Positions 1 to 8,801 of a stretch of 42,209 nucleotides of DNA are shown here, piece by piece. The translations under genes were made by a program, and so were the position numbers. Below the pieces are notes generated by a model. The model had not been told where the DNA came from, searched no databases, and saw nothing but the letters and a program-made list of their open reading frames with translations. Source of the stretch: Gemmatimonadota bacterium (lineage in GTDB: Bacteria; Gemmatimonadota; Gemmatimonadetes; Palauibacterales; KS3-K002); NCBI GenBank assembly GCA_039586795.1, contig JBDHJS010000059.1, forward strand, positions 15,505 to 57,713, read 5' to 3'. Numbering within the stretch: position 1 is the first letter of the stretch; each line of letters opens with the position of its first letter.

Positions 1-1
1 C

Positions 2-388
2 GGTGTGGCTCATCACGCGACTCAAGAGAAAACGCGCTTGTTCAGCGTGAATGAGCGGACCGAGATGATCGCCGAGTGCTTCTCGGATGAGCCGCGGATC
101 GAAGTGACCCAGTTCAGCGGGTTGCTTGTGGAGTTTTGTCGCACGACGGGAGCACAGATCGTGGTTAGGGGACTGCGCGCCGTCAGCGACTTCGAGTACG
201 AGTTTCAGATGGCGCTGATGAATCGCGAGCTGCAACCCGATCTCGAGATGGTGTTCATGACGCCGGCCGCCGACTACACGTTCCTCAGCGCATCCCTGGT
301 GCGGGAGATCTCGTCGCTCGGCGGCGACGTCTCGCAATTCGTCTCACCTCCCGTCCTCGAACGCTTGAAAGCCAAGCTCGCCGGCTGA
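2..388 (+). CDS. coaD: Phosphopantetheine adenylyltransferase, 5' end outside the window
   Basis: IVVRGLRAVSDFEYEFQMALMNR and SASLVREI signatures; the N-terminal HxGH segment is not in the window. Confidence 0.97.
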   Translation, partial: GVAHHATQEKTRLFSVNERTEMIAECFSDEPRIEVTQFSGLLVEFCRTTGAQIVVRGLRAVSDFEYEFQMALMNRELQPDLEMVFMTPAADYTFLSASLVREISSLGGDVSQFVSPPVLERLKAKLAG

Positions 389-394
389 GCTGCC

Positions 395-1375
395 ATGGGA
401 TTCCTCAAGCAGCTCGCTCAGCGTGCCGAGAGCGCTGGGCGACGTATCGTCCTCGCTGAAGGTCACGACGAGCGTGTCCTCGAGGCTGCCATCCGTCTGC
501 AGGAACACGGGCACATCGACCCGGTTCTGCTCGTCCCCGACGGCACCGTTCAGCCCCCGGCGGGCTGGAAGGGTCCGGTGCGTTGTCCTGTAGATGATCC
601 CGAGCTTGCTCGCTACGCCGAGCTCTATCGCCAGATCCGGCCGCAGGAGGCCCTCGACGTACGGACGGCTCGGGAACGAGCGGCCGATCCCCTTTACTTT
701 GCCGGCTTGATGGTCCGTGCCGATGACGCCGATGGGGCAGTGGCGGGCGCCGACCATGCGTCCAGCGACGTCGTGCGGGCCGCCTATCGATGCGTCGGCA
801 CGGCCGCCGGTCACACGTACGTCACGGGCGCCTTCTACATGGTCGTCCCTTCATTTCGTGGAACCGACGAACCGGAAGTGCTAACCTTTGCCGACGCGGG
901 AGTCATTCCTCATCCCAACGCGGAGCAATTGGTGGAGATCGCTCTACAGGCGGCGGAGATGCGACCCGTCATCGTTGGCGATGTCCCCCACGTCGCTTTC
1001 CTCTCTTTCTCGACCCATGGCAGCGCCAGGAGCCCGGCGGTCGAGAAGATGAGGGAAGCGCTGGACTCGCTCAGACAGCGCAACCCAAGTCTGGCCGCCG
1101 ACGGTGAACTGCAGGCCGATGCGGCACTCATCCGTCACGTCGGCCAGCGCAAGGCGCCCAGCAGTCCTGTCGCCGGCCACGCCAACGTGCTTATCTTTCC
1201 CGACCTCGGTGCGGGAAACATCGCCTACAAGCTGGTCGAGCGGCTGGCCGGCGCCACCGCGATCGGGCCGATCCTGCATGGGTTGGCGCTGCCCTATAAC
1301 GACGTTTCCAGGGGCGCCGATCCCGCGAGCATCGAGTGGGTAGCGTATGTGACGGCCGTGCAAGCCGGCTCTTGA
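395..1375 (+). CDS. pta: Phosphate acetyltransferase (short catalytic-only type)
   Basis: RIVLAEG, LSFSTHGSA, DGELQADAAL, GHANVLIFPDLGAGNIAYKL and NDVSRG motifs of the PTA_PTB family. Confidence 0.92.
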   Translation: MGFLKQLAQRAESAGRRIVLAEGHDERVLEAAIRLQEHGHIDPVLLVPDGTVQPPAGWKGPVRCPVDDPELARYAELYRQIRPQEALDVRTARERAADPLYFAGLMVRADDADGAVAGADHASSDVVRAAYRCVGTAAGHTYVTGAFYMVVPSFRGTDEPEVLTFADAGVIPHPNAEQLVEIALQAAEMRPVIVGDVPHVAFLSFSTHGSARSPAVEKMREALDSLRQRNPSLAADGELQADAALIRHVGQRKAPSSPVAGHANVLIFPDLGAGNIAYKLVERLAGATAIGPILHGLALPYNDVSRGADPASIEWVAYVTAVQAGS

Positions 1376-1418
1376 TATGAGAATCAGGCATCATAGTGTA
1401 AGGGAACGGTCCGACGCT

Positions 1419-1464
1419 GGACGGTACCGTCCGCTGTCCACCGTCCACCGTCCACCGTCTACCG
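1419..1464. repeat. Tandem heptamer repeat (CCGTCCA-like, 5 units) with palindrome GGACGGTACCGTCC
   Basis: ccgtccg ctgtcca ccgtcca ccgtcca ccgtcta at 1427-1461; palindrome at 1419-1432. Confidence 0.85.
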
Positions 1465-1478
1465 AACACGGGGGCTAA

Positions 1479-1811
1479 ATGAACTTCGAAGTCACCAAAC
1501 AAGGCGATATCACTATCGTCGAAGTCACCGGCCAGCTCATCGTCGGCAATCGGCAGGAACTCAAAGACGACGTGCTCAAGCTGTTGGAGGGCGGAGCGCG
1601 CAAGTTCCTCATCGATTTCAGGGACACCGCCTACATCGATTCATCGGGTTTGGGAGTTCTTGTTAGCCTCTCGAAGAAGATCCGCGAGAAGGGCGGCGAG
1701 ATGCGCCTCTCCAACCTGAACGAGGACCTGCGGACGCTGTTCGAGCTCACGAAGCTCGACACGCTGTTCATCATCGCCGATTCTCGGGACCGGGCTTTAG
1801 AGGATTTCTGA
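1479..1811 (+). CDS. STAS-domain anti-sigma factor antagonist (RsbV/SpoIIAA family)
   Basis: YIDSSGLG phosphoacceptor motif and LFELTKL C-terminus; 110 aa. Confidence 0.95.
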   Translation: MNFEVTKQGDITIVEVTGQLIVGNRQELKDDVLKLLEGGARKFLIDFRDTAYIDSSGLGVLVSLSKKIREKGGEMRLSNLNEDLRTLFELTKLDTLFIIADSRDRALEDF

Positions 1812-1818
1812 TCCCGTC

Positions 1819-4206
1819 ATGCGCGGCCGCGATGCTGGAACCGGGACCGCGCTCATCGTCAGCCAGCGACCAGATCTCGGCGAAGAACTGACCGCGGCCG
1901 TCGAAGGGCTCGGTTTCAACGCGCTGCTCATCTCCACGCTCGATCACCTCGAGTCACACGCCGATGCGCGCCCCGACCTGGTGCTCGCCGACATCAGGTT
2001 GCGGCCTAGCGCCGCGCAGTGGACCACGCTGGCGCAGCTCTTCCCGCGCTCCGCGCTCTGGGCCGTCGCCGACCCGACCGAATCGAACATCCGCGACGCC
2101 ACCTTCGCTATCAAGCACGGCTGTCACGATTGCCTCACTTTGCCGGTTACCTCGGAGGATCTCGGTAAGAAGCTCGCTGCCCTCGCCCGGCCACCTGGCG
2201 CCAAGCCCGGCGAGCTCGACCGGTACATGTCGAACGAGATCAATCTCGAGTTACCCTCCGACGTCTCCATCATCGATCGCGTTGTCAAGTTGCTCGCCGG
2301 ATGCGCACGCGACTATCGCAGCTATGGACCGCGCACCCTGGTCAACTTGCGGATCGCTCTCAGCGAAGCACTCTCCAACGCGATCCAGTACGGCAACGAA
2401 GGTGACCGCGACAAGAAGGTGAGGGTTCGCGCTAGCGTTGATGCCTGGCGCATCAAAGTCCAGATCACCGACGAAGGAAAGGGCTTCGATCACCGGGACG
2501 TCCCCGACCCCCGCAGCGAGGACGCTATCGAAGCGCCCGGCGGCCGCGGGCTATTCTTGCTGCGTCAGCTTGCCGACGACGTGACCTTCAACGAGCCCGG
2601 TAATGCCTGCACGATCACGCTGCGCAGCGAGTGGGAGGAGGCCAAGGTCGGCGAAGCGACGATGCCCGCCAGCCGCGATGCCGAATCTCTCGCTGGGATC
2701 GTGGAGCGGCTTCGCGTCAGCACCGGCGTCGACCTTCACCTTTGGTCAGAAAACGTCGATGGTTCGCTCGAGCACGTAGCACCGGCCGACCGACGGCTGA
2801 CCGAAGTCGACGGCACGCTGCATTGGCTCCATACACCGGGCATGCGGTTCGCTTTGCAGGCGCGACCCGAGAACCCGGCAACTCAGAGCTGGGCCGAATT
2901 CGCGCGCGACCTCCTCGATGAGGCTCTCTCCTACGAGAGACGCCTCGCCGAAAGTCGCAGGGATGCCGCCGAACGCCAGGAAGAGATCGAACTGCTGCAC
3001 ACGATCACCGAGACCCTCGGCGCATTCACCAAACTCGAGGACGCCGCTCGGCATATCCTCAAGGGGATCGTTCGCGTTACCGGCGCCGACCGAGCATCTC
3101 TCTGGATCCACGAGGCGGAAACGGAAGAGCTGGTGCTCGCCGCCGCTGAAGGTCCGCTGCCCGTCGCCAGTGGTCGCGTTCCCGTACAATCGCCCGCATC
3201 CATCTCGGCGCTCGCGTTCCGCGAGAACCGCACGATCCGTCTCGATGAAGCCAACGACCTGCCGCCGGAGCTCAAGCAGCGCTTCAGCGCCAACCCAATG
3301 CCCTGGGTGGCCGTGCCCGTCACCTCAACCAGCCCCGAAGGTGAGCGTCGTACGGTAGGCGTCCTCAACCTAATCGGCCGCAGTTCCGGTGCTGTCGTTT
3401 CCGGGATGGGTGAGACCCGGTTGCTGACGACGCTGGCCCGCCAGATCGGACGCGCGGTCGACAACCTGCGACTGTTCGAGGGGATCGTCGCCCGGGAGCG
3501 ACTGATCGGTGAGCTCGAGCTTGCCCATGACTTGCAGACCAAGTTGCTACCCGATCTTGCTGAGTTCCGCGAGATTGCAGACGTGGCGGCGAAGAGTGTA
3601 CCGGCTCGCGCGGTGGGCGGTGACTTCTACCAGCTGTTCAAGCTTCAAGACGGCAAGATCGGCGTCATGCTCGGCGACGTAACGTCACATGGCTTCTCCG
3701 CTTCCCTCATCATGGCCCTGACGATGAGCGTCACCGGCATCTACGCTCGGGCGGTCAAAGCGCCCGGCGACTTGCTGCGGGCGATTCACCAGGCCCTGAT
3801 CCAGAAGCTGGAGAGCACCGAAATGTTCATGACGGTGTTCTACGGTGTGATCGATCCGGGGAACGGGACGCTGACTTACGCCAACGCCGGTCACGCGCAT
3901 GCCTTCCGCCTCCACGCTGATGAGGCGCCCCAGCGTCTCGGCGCGACCAGCCCGCCCCTCGGGCTGGCAGAGCTGGGGGCATACGGTGAGGCTTCCGTAC
4001 TGTGGGAGGTGGGCGATGTGCTCAGCCTGTTCACCGACGGTCTTACGAACCCGTCGCTCCGCACCACGGAGGCCGCCGTGCTGAGCGCGGCATCACGGGC
4101 TCGCGATCTGCCTGCGCTGCTGATCGTCGATAAGATGTTCGAGGCGCGAGGTGAAGAAGGCGGTGAAGCGCCCGACGATCAGACGGCGATGGTGATACGA
4201 GTCTGA
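1819..4206 (+). CDS. Fused partner-switch regulator: receiver-like domain, RsbW-type kinase, GAF and SpoIIE/PP2C phosphatase
   Basis: PDLVLADI (receiver-like); EALSNAIQYGN, DEGKGFD, GGRGLFL (HATPase); GAF segment; GGDFY, GDVTSHG, FTDG, DDQT (PP2C). Confidence 0.9.
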   Translation: MRGRDAGTGTALIVSQRPDLGEELTAAVEGLGFNALLISTLDHLESHADARPDLVLADIRLRPSAAQWTTLAQLFPRSALWAVADPTESNIRDATFAIKHGCHDCLTLPVTSEDLGKKLAALARPPGAKPGELDRYMSNEINLELPSDVSIIDRVVKLLAGCARDYRSYGPRTLVNLRIALSEALSNAIQYGNEGDRDKKVRVRASVDAWRIKVQITDEGKGFDHRDVPDPRSEDAIEAPGGRGLFLLRQLADDVTFNEPGNACTITLRSEWEEAKVGEATMPASRDAESLAGIVERLRVSTGVDLHLWSENVDGSLEHVAPADRRLTEVDGTLHWLHTPGMRFALQARPENPATQSWAEFARDLLDEALSYERRLAESRRDAAERQEEIELLHTITETLGAFTKLEDAARHILKGIVRVTGADRASLWIHEAETEELVLAAAEGPLPVASGRVPVQSPASISALAFRENRTIRLDEANDLPPELKQRFSANPMPWVAVPVTSTSPEGERRTVGVLNLIGRSSGAVVSGMGETRLLTTLARQIGRAVDNLRLFEGIVARERLIGELELAHDLQTKLLPDLAEFREIADVAAKSVPARAVGGDFYQLFKLQDGKIGVMLGDVTSHGFSASLIMALTMSVTGIYARAVKAPGDLLRAIHQALIQKLESTEMFMTVFYGVIDPGNGTLTYANAGHAHAFRLHADEAPQRLGATSPPLGLAELGAYGEASVLWEVGDVLSLFTDGLTNPSLRTTEAAVLSAASRARDLPALLIVDKMFEARGEEGGEAPDDQTAMVIRV

Positions 4207-4222
4207 TGTTGAGGCCAGGCGA

Positions 4223-5029
4223 GTGAACTCAGAGCATCACCGGGCGAAGCGATCGCTAAGTCAGAACTTCCTCATCGACCCTAACTTGCAGAGGAAGATC
4301 GTCGAGGCGCTGGATCCAACGCCTGAGGATCGGGTCATCGAGATCGGGCCAGGGCAGGGCGCGTTGACGAGGCACCTGGTTGACCAGGTGGCGGACCTGC
4401 GATTGGTGGAGTTGGATGATCTCTTGGCGGCTCAGCTGCGTGGCGAGTATGGCGGCCGCGAGAACGTCGACATCGTTCACGGCGACGCGCTCGAAATCTC
4501 CGTCGCCCGCCTTGCCAAGGGTCAACCCTTCAAGGTCATCGGTAACATTCCGTATGGAATCACGACGCCGCTCATCTTCCACATTCTCGACGAGCGACCG
4601 CGCCCCGATGTCATTGTGTTGACCGTGCAGAAGGAAGTGGCGGATCGTCTGGTTGCCAAGCCGGGAAACAAAGACTACGGCGCGCTGACGGTGGGTGTAC
4701 AGTCCGTCGCCGACGTAGAGTCACTGTTCAAGATTAGCCGCGGTGCTTTTCGACCGCGCCCCGATGTCGATTCGACGACGATTCGTATCGTGCCCCAGAA
4801 GCCGCCGCCACTGACTCCGGAAGAGGAAGGATCACTGCGTACCCTCACCCGAGCCGCTTTCATGCGGCGGCGCAAACAGCTCCAGAATGTCCTCCGCCAG
4901 GCGCCTGAGTACGCTCAGACAAACGAGAAGCTGGCATCCATCCTCGAATCCCTGGGCATCGACCCCGCGGTTCGGCCCGACGCGCTCCCCGTTGTCGATT
5001 ACATCCGTTTGTCAGCCGCCCTCCGGTAA
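4223..5029 (+). CDS. rsmA: 16S rRNA adenine dimethyltransferase
   Basis: SLSQNFL, IEIGPGQGALT, GNIPYGITT, FRPRPDVDS. Confidence 0.96.
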   Translation: MNSEHHRAKRSLSQNFLIDPNLQRKIVEALDPTPEDRVIEIGPGQGALTRHLVDQVADLRLVELDDLLAAQLRGEYGGRENVDIVHGDALEISVARLAKGQPFKVIGNIPYGITTPLIFHILDERPRPDVIVLTVQKEVADRLVAKPGNKDYGALTVGVQSVADVESLFKISRGAFRPRPDVDSTTIRIVPQKPPPLTPEEEGSLRTLTRAAFMRRRKQLQNVLRQAPEYAQTNEKLASILESLGIDPAVRPDALPVVDYIRLSAALR

Positions 5030-5059
5030 GCCACCGTCGCCTCTACAAAGCGTTCCGAA

Positions 5060-5845
5060 CTAACGGGCCATCAGCACGTGCTTCGCCATCTCGGCGAACC
5101 CTCTACCACGGTCTTCGCTTGTTACGAACTTGGGTTGCGCCTTGAGCCGCGACAAACAATGACGGACGTTCGCGACGCCGACGCTCAGGGAGAAGAAGTC
5201 GAAAGCTGACCAGTCGTTCGTGCTGTCGCCGATGAACAGCCAGCTCGATTCCTCATCACTGATATTCACGCCAAGCGCATCGCGCGCACCCCGTTCGATC
5301 CCTTCCGCCTTGGTCCAGTCGCCGGGGATGACATGCGCGTGAACGCTCGATGCAGCGGCGCGGGCGCCTTCGGATTCGATCAAGCTCCTGAGAGCCGCAA
5401 CCTCGACCTCCGGCAAGTGGACGGTCTCGCCGATGTCGAACGCCATGTCGCAGCGCCGGGCACGCTGGTCCATCGCCGGTTTCACGTGGGGAAGCTCTTG
5501 CTTCACACGGGCACGTACGCGCTCGAACAGGTCTGGGTAGGCTTGTCGTCGCTCCTTCGAGTCGAAGTAGCCTTCGTGGATCGCTGAACCATCCCACCAA
5601 ACCCAACCGGCGCCATTCTCGCCGATGGCCAGGTCTACCGGCCAGTGTTGGGCGATAACGTCCACCCAGCCTAGTGGCCGACCGGTCACGGCGATGAGAC
5701 GTAAGCCGGCGCTGGCCAGGCGGTGCATCGCATCGAACGCCACCAGTTCTAATCGACCGTCCCGTGTAACCGTGTCGTCGACGTCGAACGCCACGCCCTT
5801 CAGCGCTCTACAGCGTTCCGCGTCCAGCTCGGCAAGAGGTCTGAT
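5060..5845 (-). CDS. HAD-IIB family hydrolase; start uncertain (ATC 5845 or GTG 5794)
   Basis: FDVDDT motif I, VTGR motif II, IGDSTND motif IV; the frame is open upstream through IRPLAELD...LKGV. Confidence 0.85.
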   Translation of the reverse strand: MRPLAELDAERCRALKGVAFDVDDTVTRDGRLELVAFDAMHRLASAGLRLIAVTGRPLGWVDVIAQHWPVDLAIGENGAGWVWWDGSAIHEGYFDSKERRQAYPDLFERVRARVKQELPHVKPAMDQRARRCDMAFDIGETVHLPEVEVAALRSLIESEGARAAASSVHAHVIPGDWTKAEGIERGARDALGVNISDEESSWLFIGDSTNDWSAFDFFSLSVGVANVRHCLSRLKAQPKFVTSEDRGRGFAEMAKHVLMAR

Positions 5846-5875
5846 CGTCGCTACTCCCGCTCGACGTGGGAAGTT

Positions 5876-6367
5876 CTAGGGGCTGGGCAATACGCGAGGC
5901 GAAACCATGCCGGGCAACGCACCGTCGCCGGTGAGTATCCGGCGATGGTAGTCGATCTGCCCCAGATGATAGGCCAGGTGGCTCGCCAGGTGGACCATGA
6001 ACTGTCCCGTCGTCAGCGTTGCACCCCCCAGCGACTCCGGGTACTCCGCCTCGAGGGCGCTGTCGTCCATTTCAGGCAGGTTCTCTAACGCGGTCTGCGC
6101 GGCAGCCAGTTCGTCGAGAATCACGGCGCGTGGCACATCCCGACGACTGAACTCCGCATCACGGTCGCGTACATAGTCCGAGCCGCCCAGGTGCTTACCG
6201 ATGTAGTGCCGAATGTTACCCGCGATATGGATCGCGAGAGTGCCCGGCGTGTTGCTGATGCCAACCACGACTTTCCATATAGCGGCTTCGTCCTCGTAAC
6301 CTTCGATCTGCTCGATCAAGCAGCGTAGGTCCCGCGCCATCACCTCGTAGATCCAATCAGCTGTCAT
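5876..6367 (-). CDS. DinB/DUF1572-like protein
   Basis: NTPGTLAIHIAGNIRHYIG, RDRDAEF, HLAYHLGQIDYHRR; GGAG upstream of ATG 6367. Confidence 0.88.
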   Translation of the reverse strand: MTADWIYEVMARDLRCLIEQIEGYEDEAAIWKVVVGISNTPGTLAIHIAGNIRHYIGKHLGGSDYVRDRDAEFSRRDVPRAVILDELAAAQTALENLPEMDDSALEAEYPESLGGATLTTGQFMVHLASHLAYHLGQIDYHRRILTGDGALPGMVSPRVLPSP

Positions 6368-6549
6368 CTCGAATCTCCGCTGGTGTAGCTCTGGATAGAC
6401 ATGGGGCTCGCCTCGCACGTGGTCGTTCCGATGTTGGGTTGTTGGGTACACTCAGTCTACTACCGAGGAGCAACAGCGAACAAGCTCATACGCTGCCATC
6501 GCTAAGCCTCCGAATATCGTGCGCCCCGAATCCCAGAATTTCGCAGGAG

Positions 6550-7140
6550 TCATCTCGCGCGCCATCTATCGACCAACAGCAACATTAGCTCCGCCGTGCT
6601 CTGGCTATAGACGAATTTGCCACCCGGCCCCCAGATCCGGTCGTATGCTTCAGGTTCCTCCACGTACAGCCAATTGGCGAACGAAGCCACGCTGTCGGCG
6701 AACGCCTCGATGCCACCCGGCTGGCGGATCTCTTCTTTGCGCACGATCAAACCATCGCGAAACACGAAACGCGTATGGTGCACGAGCTCGTGAATACCCA
6801 GCGCCATCAAGACACGGTTATGCTCGGCCATTTCGAACTCCGCCGTGTCGCCACGGGCCGTTATCTCTCGCAATTCGAGATGCGTTTGTGCTCCTGTGTC
6901 GAAGTTCAGTGGGGCCAGTACCTCGTGTTTCCCTGTCAGCGTGTCGGGCCCCAGGAACCATACGACTTCATCGGCCAACATCGCCTCGACCGCCTCCAGG
7001 TCGTGCCGATTGGCCGCCTCGACGTAGTGGCGCACCCGCTCATCCGGCGTCGGTCCGCAGCCCGTCGCGAGAATCGCGACACAAATGATGACGAGCGCAC
7101 CATTACACCTGCTCCACGAACAAGGCCAGTACCGGGCCAT
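6550..7140 (-). CDS. NTF2/SnoaL-like putative lipoprotein; start uncertain
   Basis: Hydrophobic stretch ending in LATGC; VRHYVEAANRHDLEAVEAMLADEV and FVFRDGLI are SnoaL-like. Confidence 0.7.
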   Translation of the reverse strand: MARYWPCSWSRCNGALVIICVAILATGCGPTPDERVRHYVEAANRHDLEAVEAMLADEVVWFLGPDTLTGKHEVLAPLNFDTGAQTHLELREITARGDTAEFEMAEHNRVLMALGIHELVHHTRFVFRDGLIVRKEEIRQPGGIEAFADSVASFANWLYVEEPEAYDRIWGPGGKFVYSQSTAELMLLLVDRWRAR

Positions 7141-7414
7141 CGATCACCCTCGCTTTGTGCTTGTGTTTGTCGCCGGACGGGATGAAGACTCCATCGCCGG
7201 TCTCATATATGAGTGTCTCGGATTCGAATTCGATCTCGATACGTCCCTCAATGATATGGCCGACGTGTCCACGATCACACCAATGTGGCTCCATCCCGTC
7301 GCCGTATTCTACCAGCCGCAGCCGCACACCGCGCCGGTCGATGATCTTGTGGCGGACTCCATCCATCGGCGAGTCCCAGGGCACTTCGTCGAATCGTATC
7401 CGGTAGTCGCTCAT
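7103..7414 (-). CDS. Cupin-domain protein
   Basis: HWCDRGHVGHIIEG and GDGVFIPSG...HKH cupin motifs; likely start MSDYRI at 7414. Confidence 0.8.
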   Translation of the reverse strand: MSDYRIRFDEVPWDSPMDGVRHKIIDRRGVRLRLVEYGDGMEPHWCDRGHVGHIIEGRIEIEFESETLIYETGDGVFIPSGDKHKHKARVIDGPVLALFVEQV

Positions 7415-7534
7415 AGTCACGTTCCCGGCCGTCCTCGGCCACGCGGGCGGCCGCTTGGCACCCAACGCTTTCATATGGTCAGGCCCTATCAGTACTCCCC
7501 GGGGTTCGTTCAGGTCAAGCAGAGGCCCGGAATG

Positions 7535-7560
7535 GGAACCTGGACGCCGGGAAGGCGGTT
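7535..7560 (+). promoter_or_regulatory. Possible ECF-sigma promoter GGAAC-N18-GTT upstream of the peroxiredoxin
   Basis: GGAAC at 7535-7539 and GTT at 7558-7560. Confidence 0.35.
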
Positions 7561-7633
7561 ATCCCGGTATCTCCTGGGGCCGTCGGGCTCCGCCTACACC
7601 CAGTCACTGCCCCAACCGCGAAGGAGGTTTGTC

Positions 7634-8263
7634 ATGGCCATCCGCTTGGGCGACGATGCCCCTAACTTTAAAGCTCAAACCACCGAGGGAGAGGTGGACT
7701 TCCACTCGTGGAAGGGGAACAGCTGGGCCGTGCTGTTCTCCCACCCTGCGGATTACACACCCGTTTGCACCACCGAGCTTGGCACCGTGGCCGGACTGAA
7801 GAACGAGTTCGTCCGGCGCAACACGAAGGTGATCGGACTCAGCGTGGATCCCCTCGCCTCGCACGAAGGCTGGGCGAAAGACATCGAGGACGTCACCGGC
7901 AACGCCCTCAACTTCCCACTCATCGCCGATCACGACCGCGCGGTATCTGGCCTCTACGACATGATTCACCCCAGCGCCGACGACACACAGACCGTGCGCT
8001 CGGTGTTCATCGTTGGACCGGATAACAAGATAAAGCTCACTCTCACATATCCGGCGAGCACCGGCCGCAATTTTTATGAGCTGCTCCGCGTCATTGACTC
8101 GCTGCAGCTCACCGCGGAGCACGCCGTCGCTACACCGGCGGACTGGGAACCAGGCAGTGATGTGATCATCGGCACGGGTGTCACCGATGAGGAAGCGCTG
8201 GAGAGATTCCCCGGTTACGAGACGGTGAAGCCCTATCTGCGAGTCACGCCGCAGCCACGTTAG
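7634..8263 (+). CDS. 1-Cys peroxiredoxin (Prx6 family)
   Basis: FSHPADYTPVCTTE and YPASTGRNF...LQLT...TPADW; AAGGAGG before ATG 7634. The longer ORF from 7085 is an upstream artefact. Confidence 0.95.
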   Translation: MAIRLGDDAPNFKAQTTEGEVDFHSWKGNSWAVLFSHPADYTPVCTTELGTVAGLKNEFVRRNTKVIGLSVDPLASHEGWAKDIEDVTGNALNFPLIADHDRAVSGLYDMIHPSADDTQTVRSVFIVGPDNKIKLTLTYPASTGRNFYELLRVIDSLQLTAEHAVATPADWEPGSDVIIGTGVTDEEALERFPGYETVKPYLRVTPQPR

Positions 8264-8285
8264 TCACGGCATTTCTCGGCTCGGC

Positions 8286-8323
8286 GAAGCCCGCCCGTGG
8301 GTCAACGACTGTGGGCGGGCTTC
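8286..8323. terminator. GC hairpin between convergent genes
   Basis: gaagcccgccc (8286-8296) pairs with gggcgggcttc (8313-8323). Confidence 0.55.
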
Positions 8324-8329
8324 TCTGCA

Positions 8330-8776
8330 TCAGGCGCGCTTCCAATTGCGGGTCGTGGCGATCAGCAACAGAATCGCCGCGGCCAGAAGCACCGGCGACG
8401 AGTACGTCCCTGGCACGATCTGGCCCAGCCACAGCGTTCCTACCATGTGACCCAGTGCGTTCAGGATCATGAAGACGGAGAAGACGATCGCCAACGGTCT
8501 CATCCAGGACGAGCGGCCGATCGCGAACGGCGACAACGTCAGCAGCACCAGAAGAGCTGCCGCCAGCCCCTTCAACCACGCCTCCGTTTCGAAGACGGGC
8601 AGCGGCAGCCACGGCAAACGGTCACGAAGGGCGGAGACCGCCGGGTTATAGAACGATAGGAAATCGTTTGCGGCCTCGTCGCCTACGTGGATCGCCAGCG
8701 CCAGGCAGAGGATGATCCAGGCGATCCCCGGGTCCGCAAAGGGACCGAGTCGCGATCTTGTCGTAGTGTATTCCAT
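8330..8776 (-). CDS. HXXEE-like integral membrane protein
   Basis: About 4 hydrophobic segments; HVGDE, NALGH and PGTYSS motifs; start ATG 8776. Confidence 0.75.
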   Translation of the reverse strand: MEYTTTRSRLGPFADPGIAWIILCLALAIHVGDEAANDFLSFYNPAVSALRDRLPWLPLPVFETEAWLKGLAAALLVLLTLSPFAIGRSSWMRPLAIVFSVFMILNALGHMVGTLWLGQIVPGTYSSPVLLAAAILLLIATTRNWKRA

Positions 8777-8801
8777 GTGGTTCGGCGGCTTGCGGTGTCC
8801 G

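Noticed and set aside
5876..5878. Pyrrolysine or recoded amber joining DinB and HAD
   Set aside because: TAG is a normal stop in many genes here and no pyl genes are present; in-frame placement has a one in three chance.
7085..7633. N-terminal extension of the peroxiredoxin (392-aa ORF)
   Set aside because: It is the antisense shadow of the cupin gene; a strong RBS supports ATG 7634.
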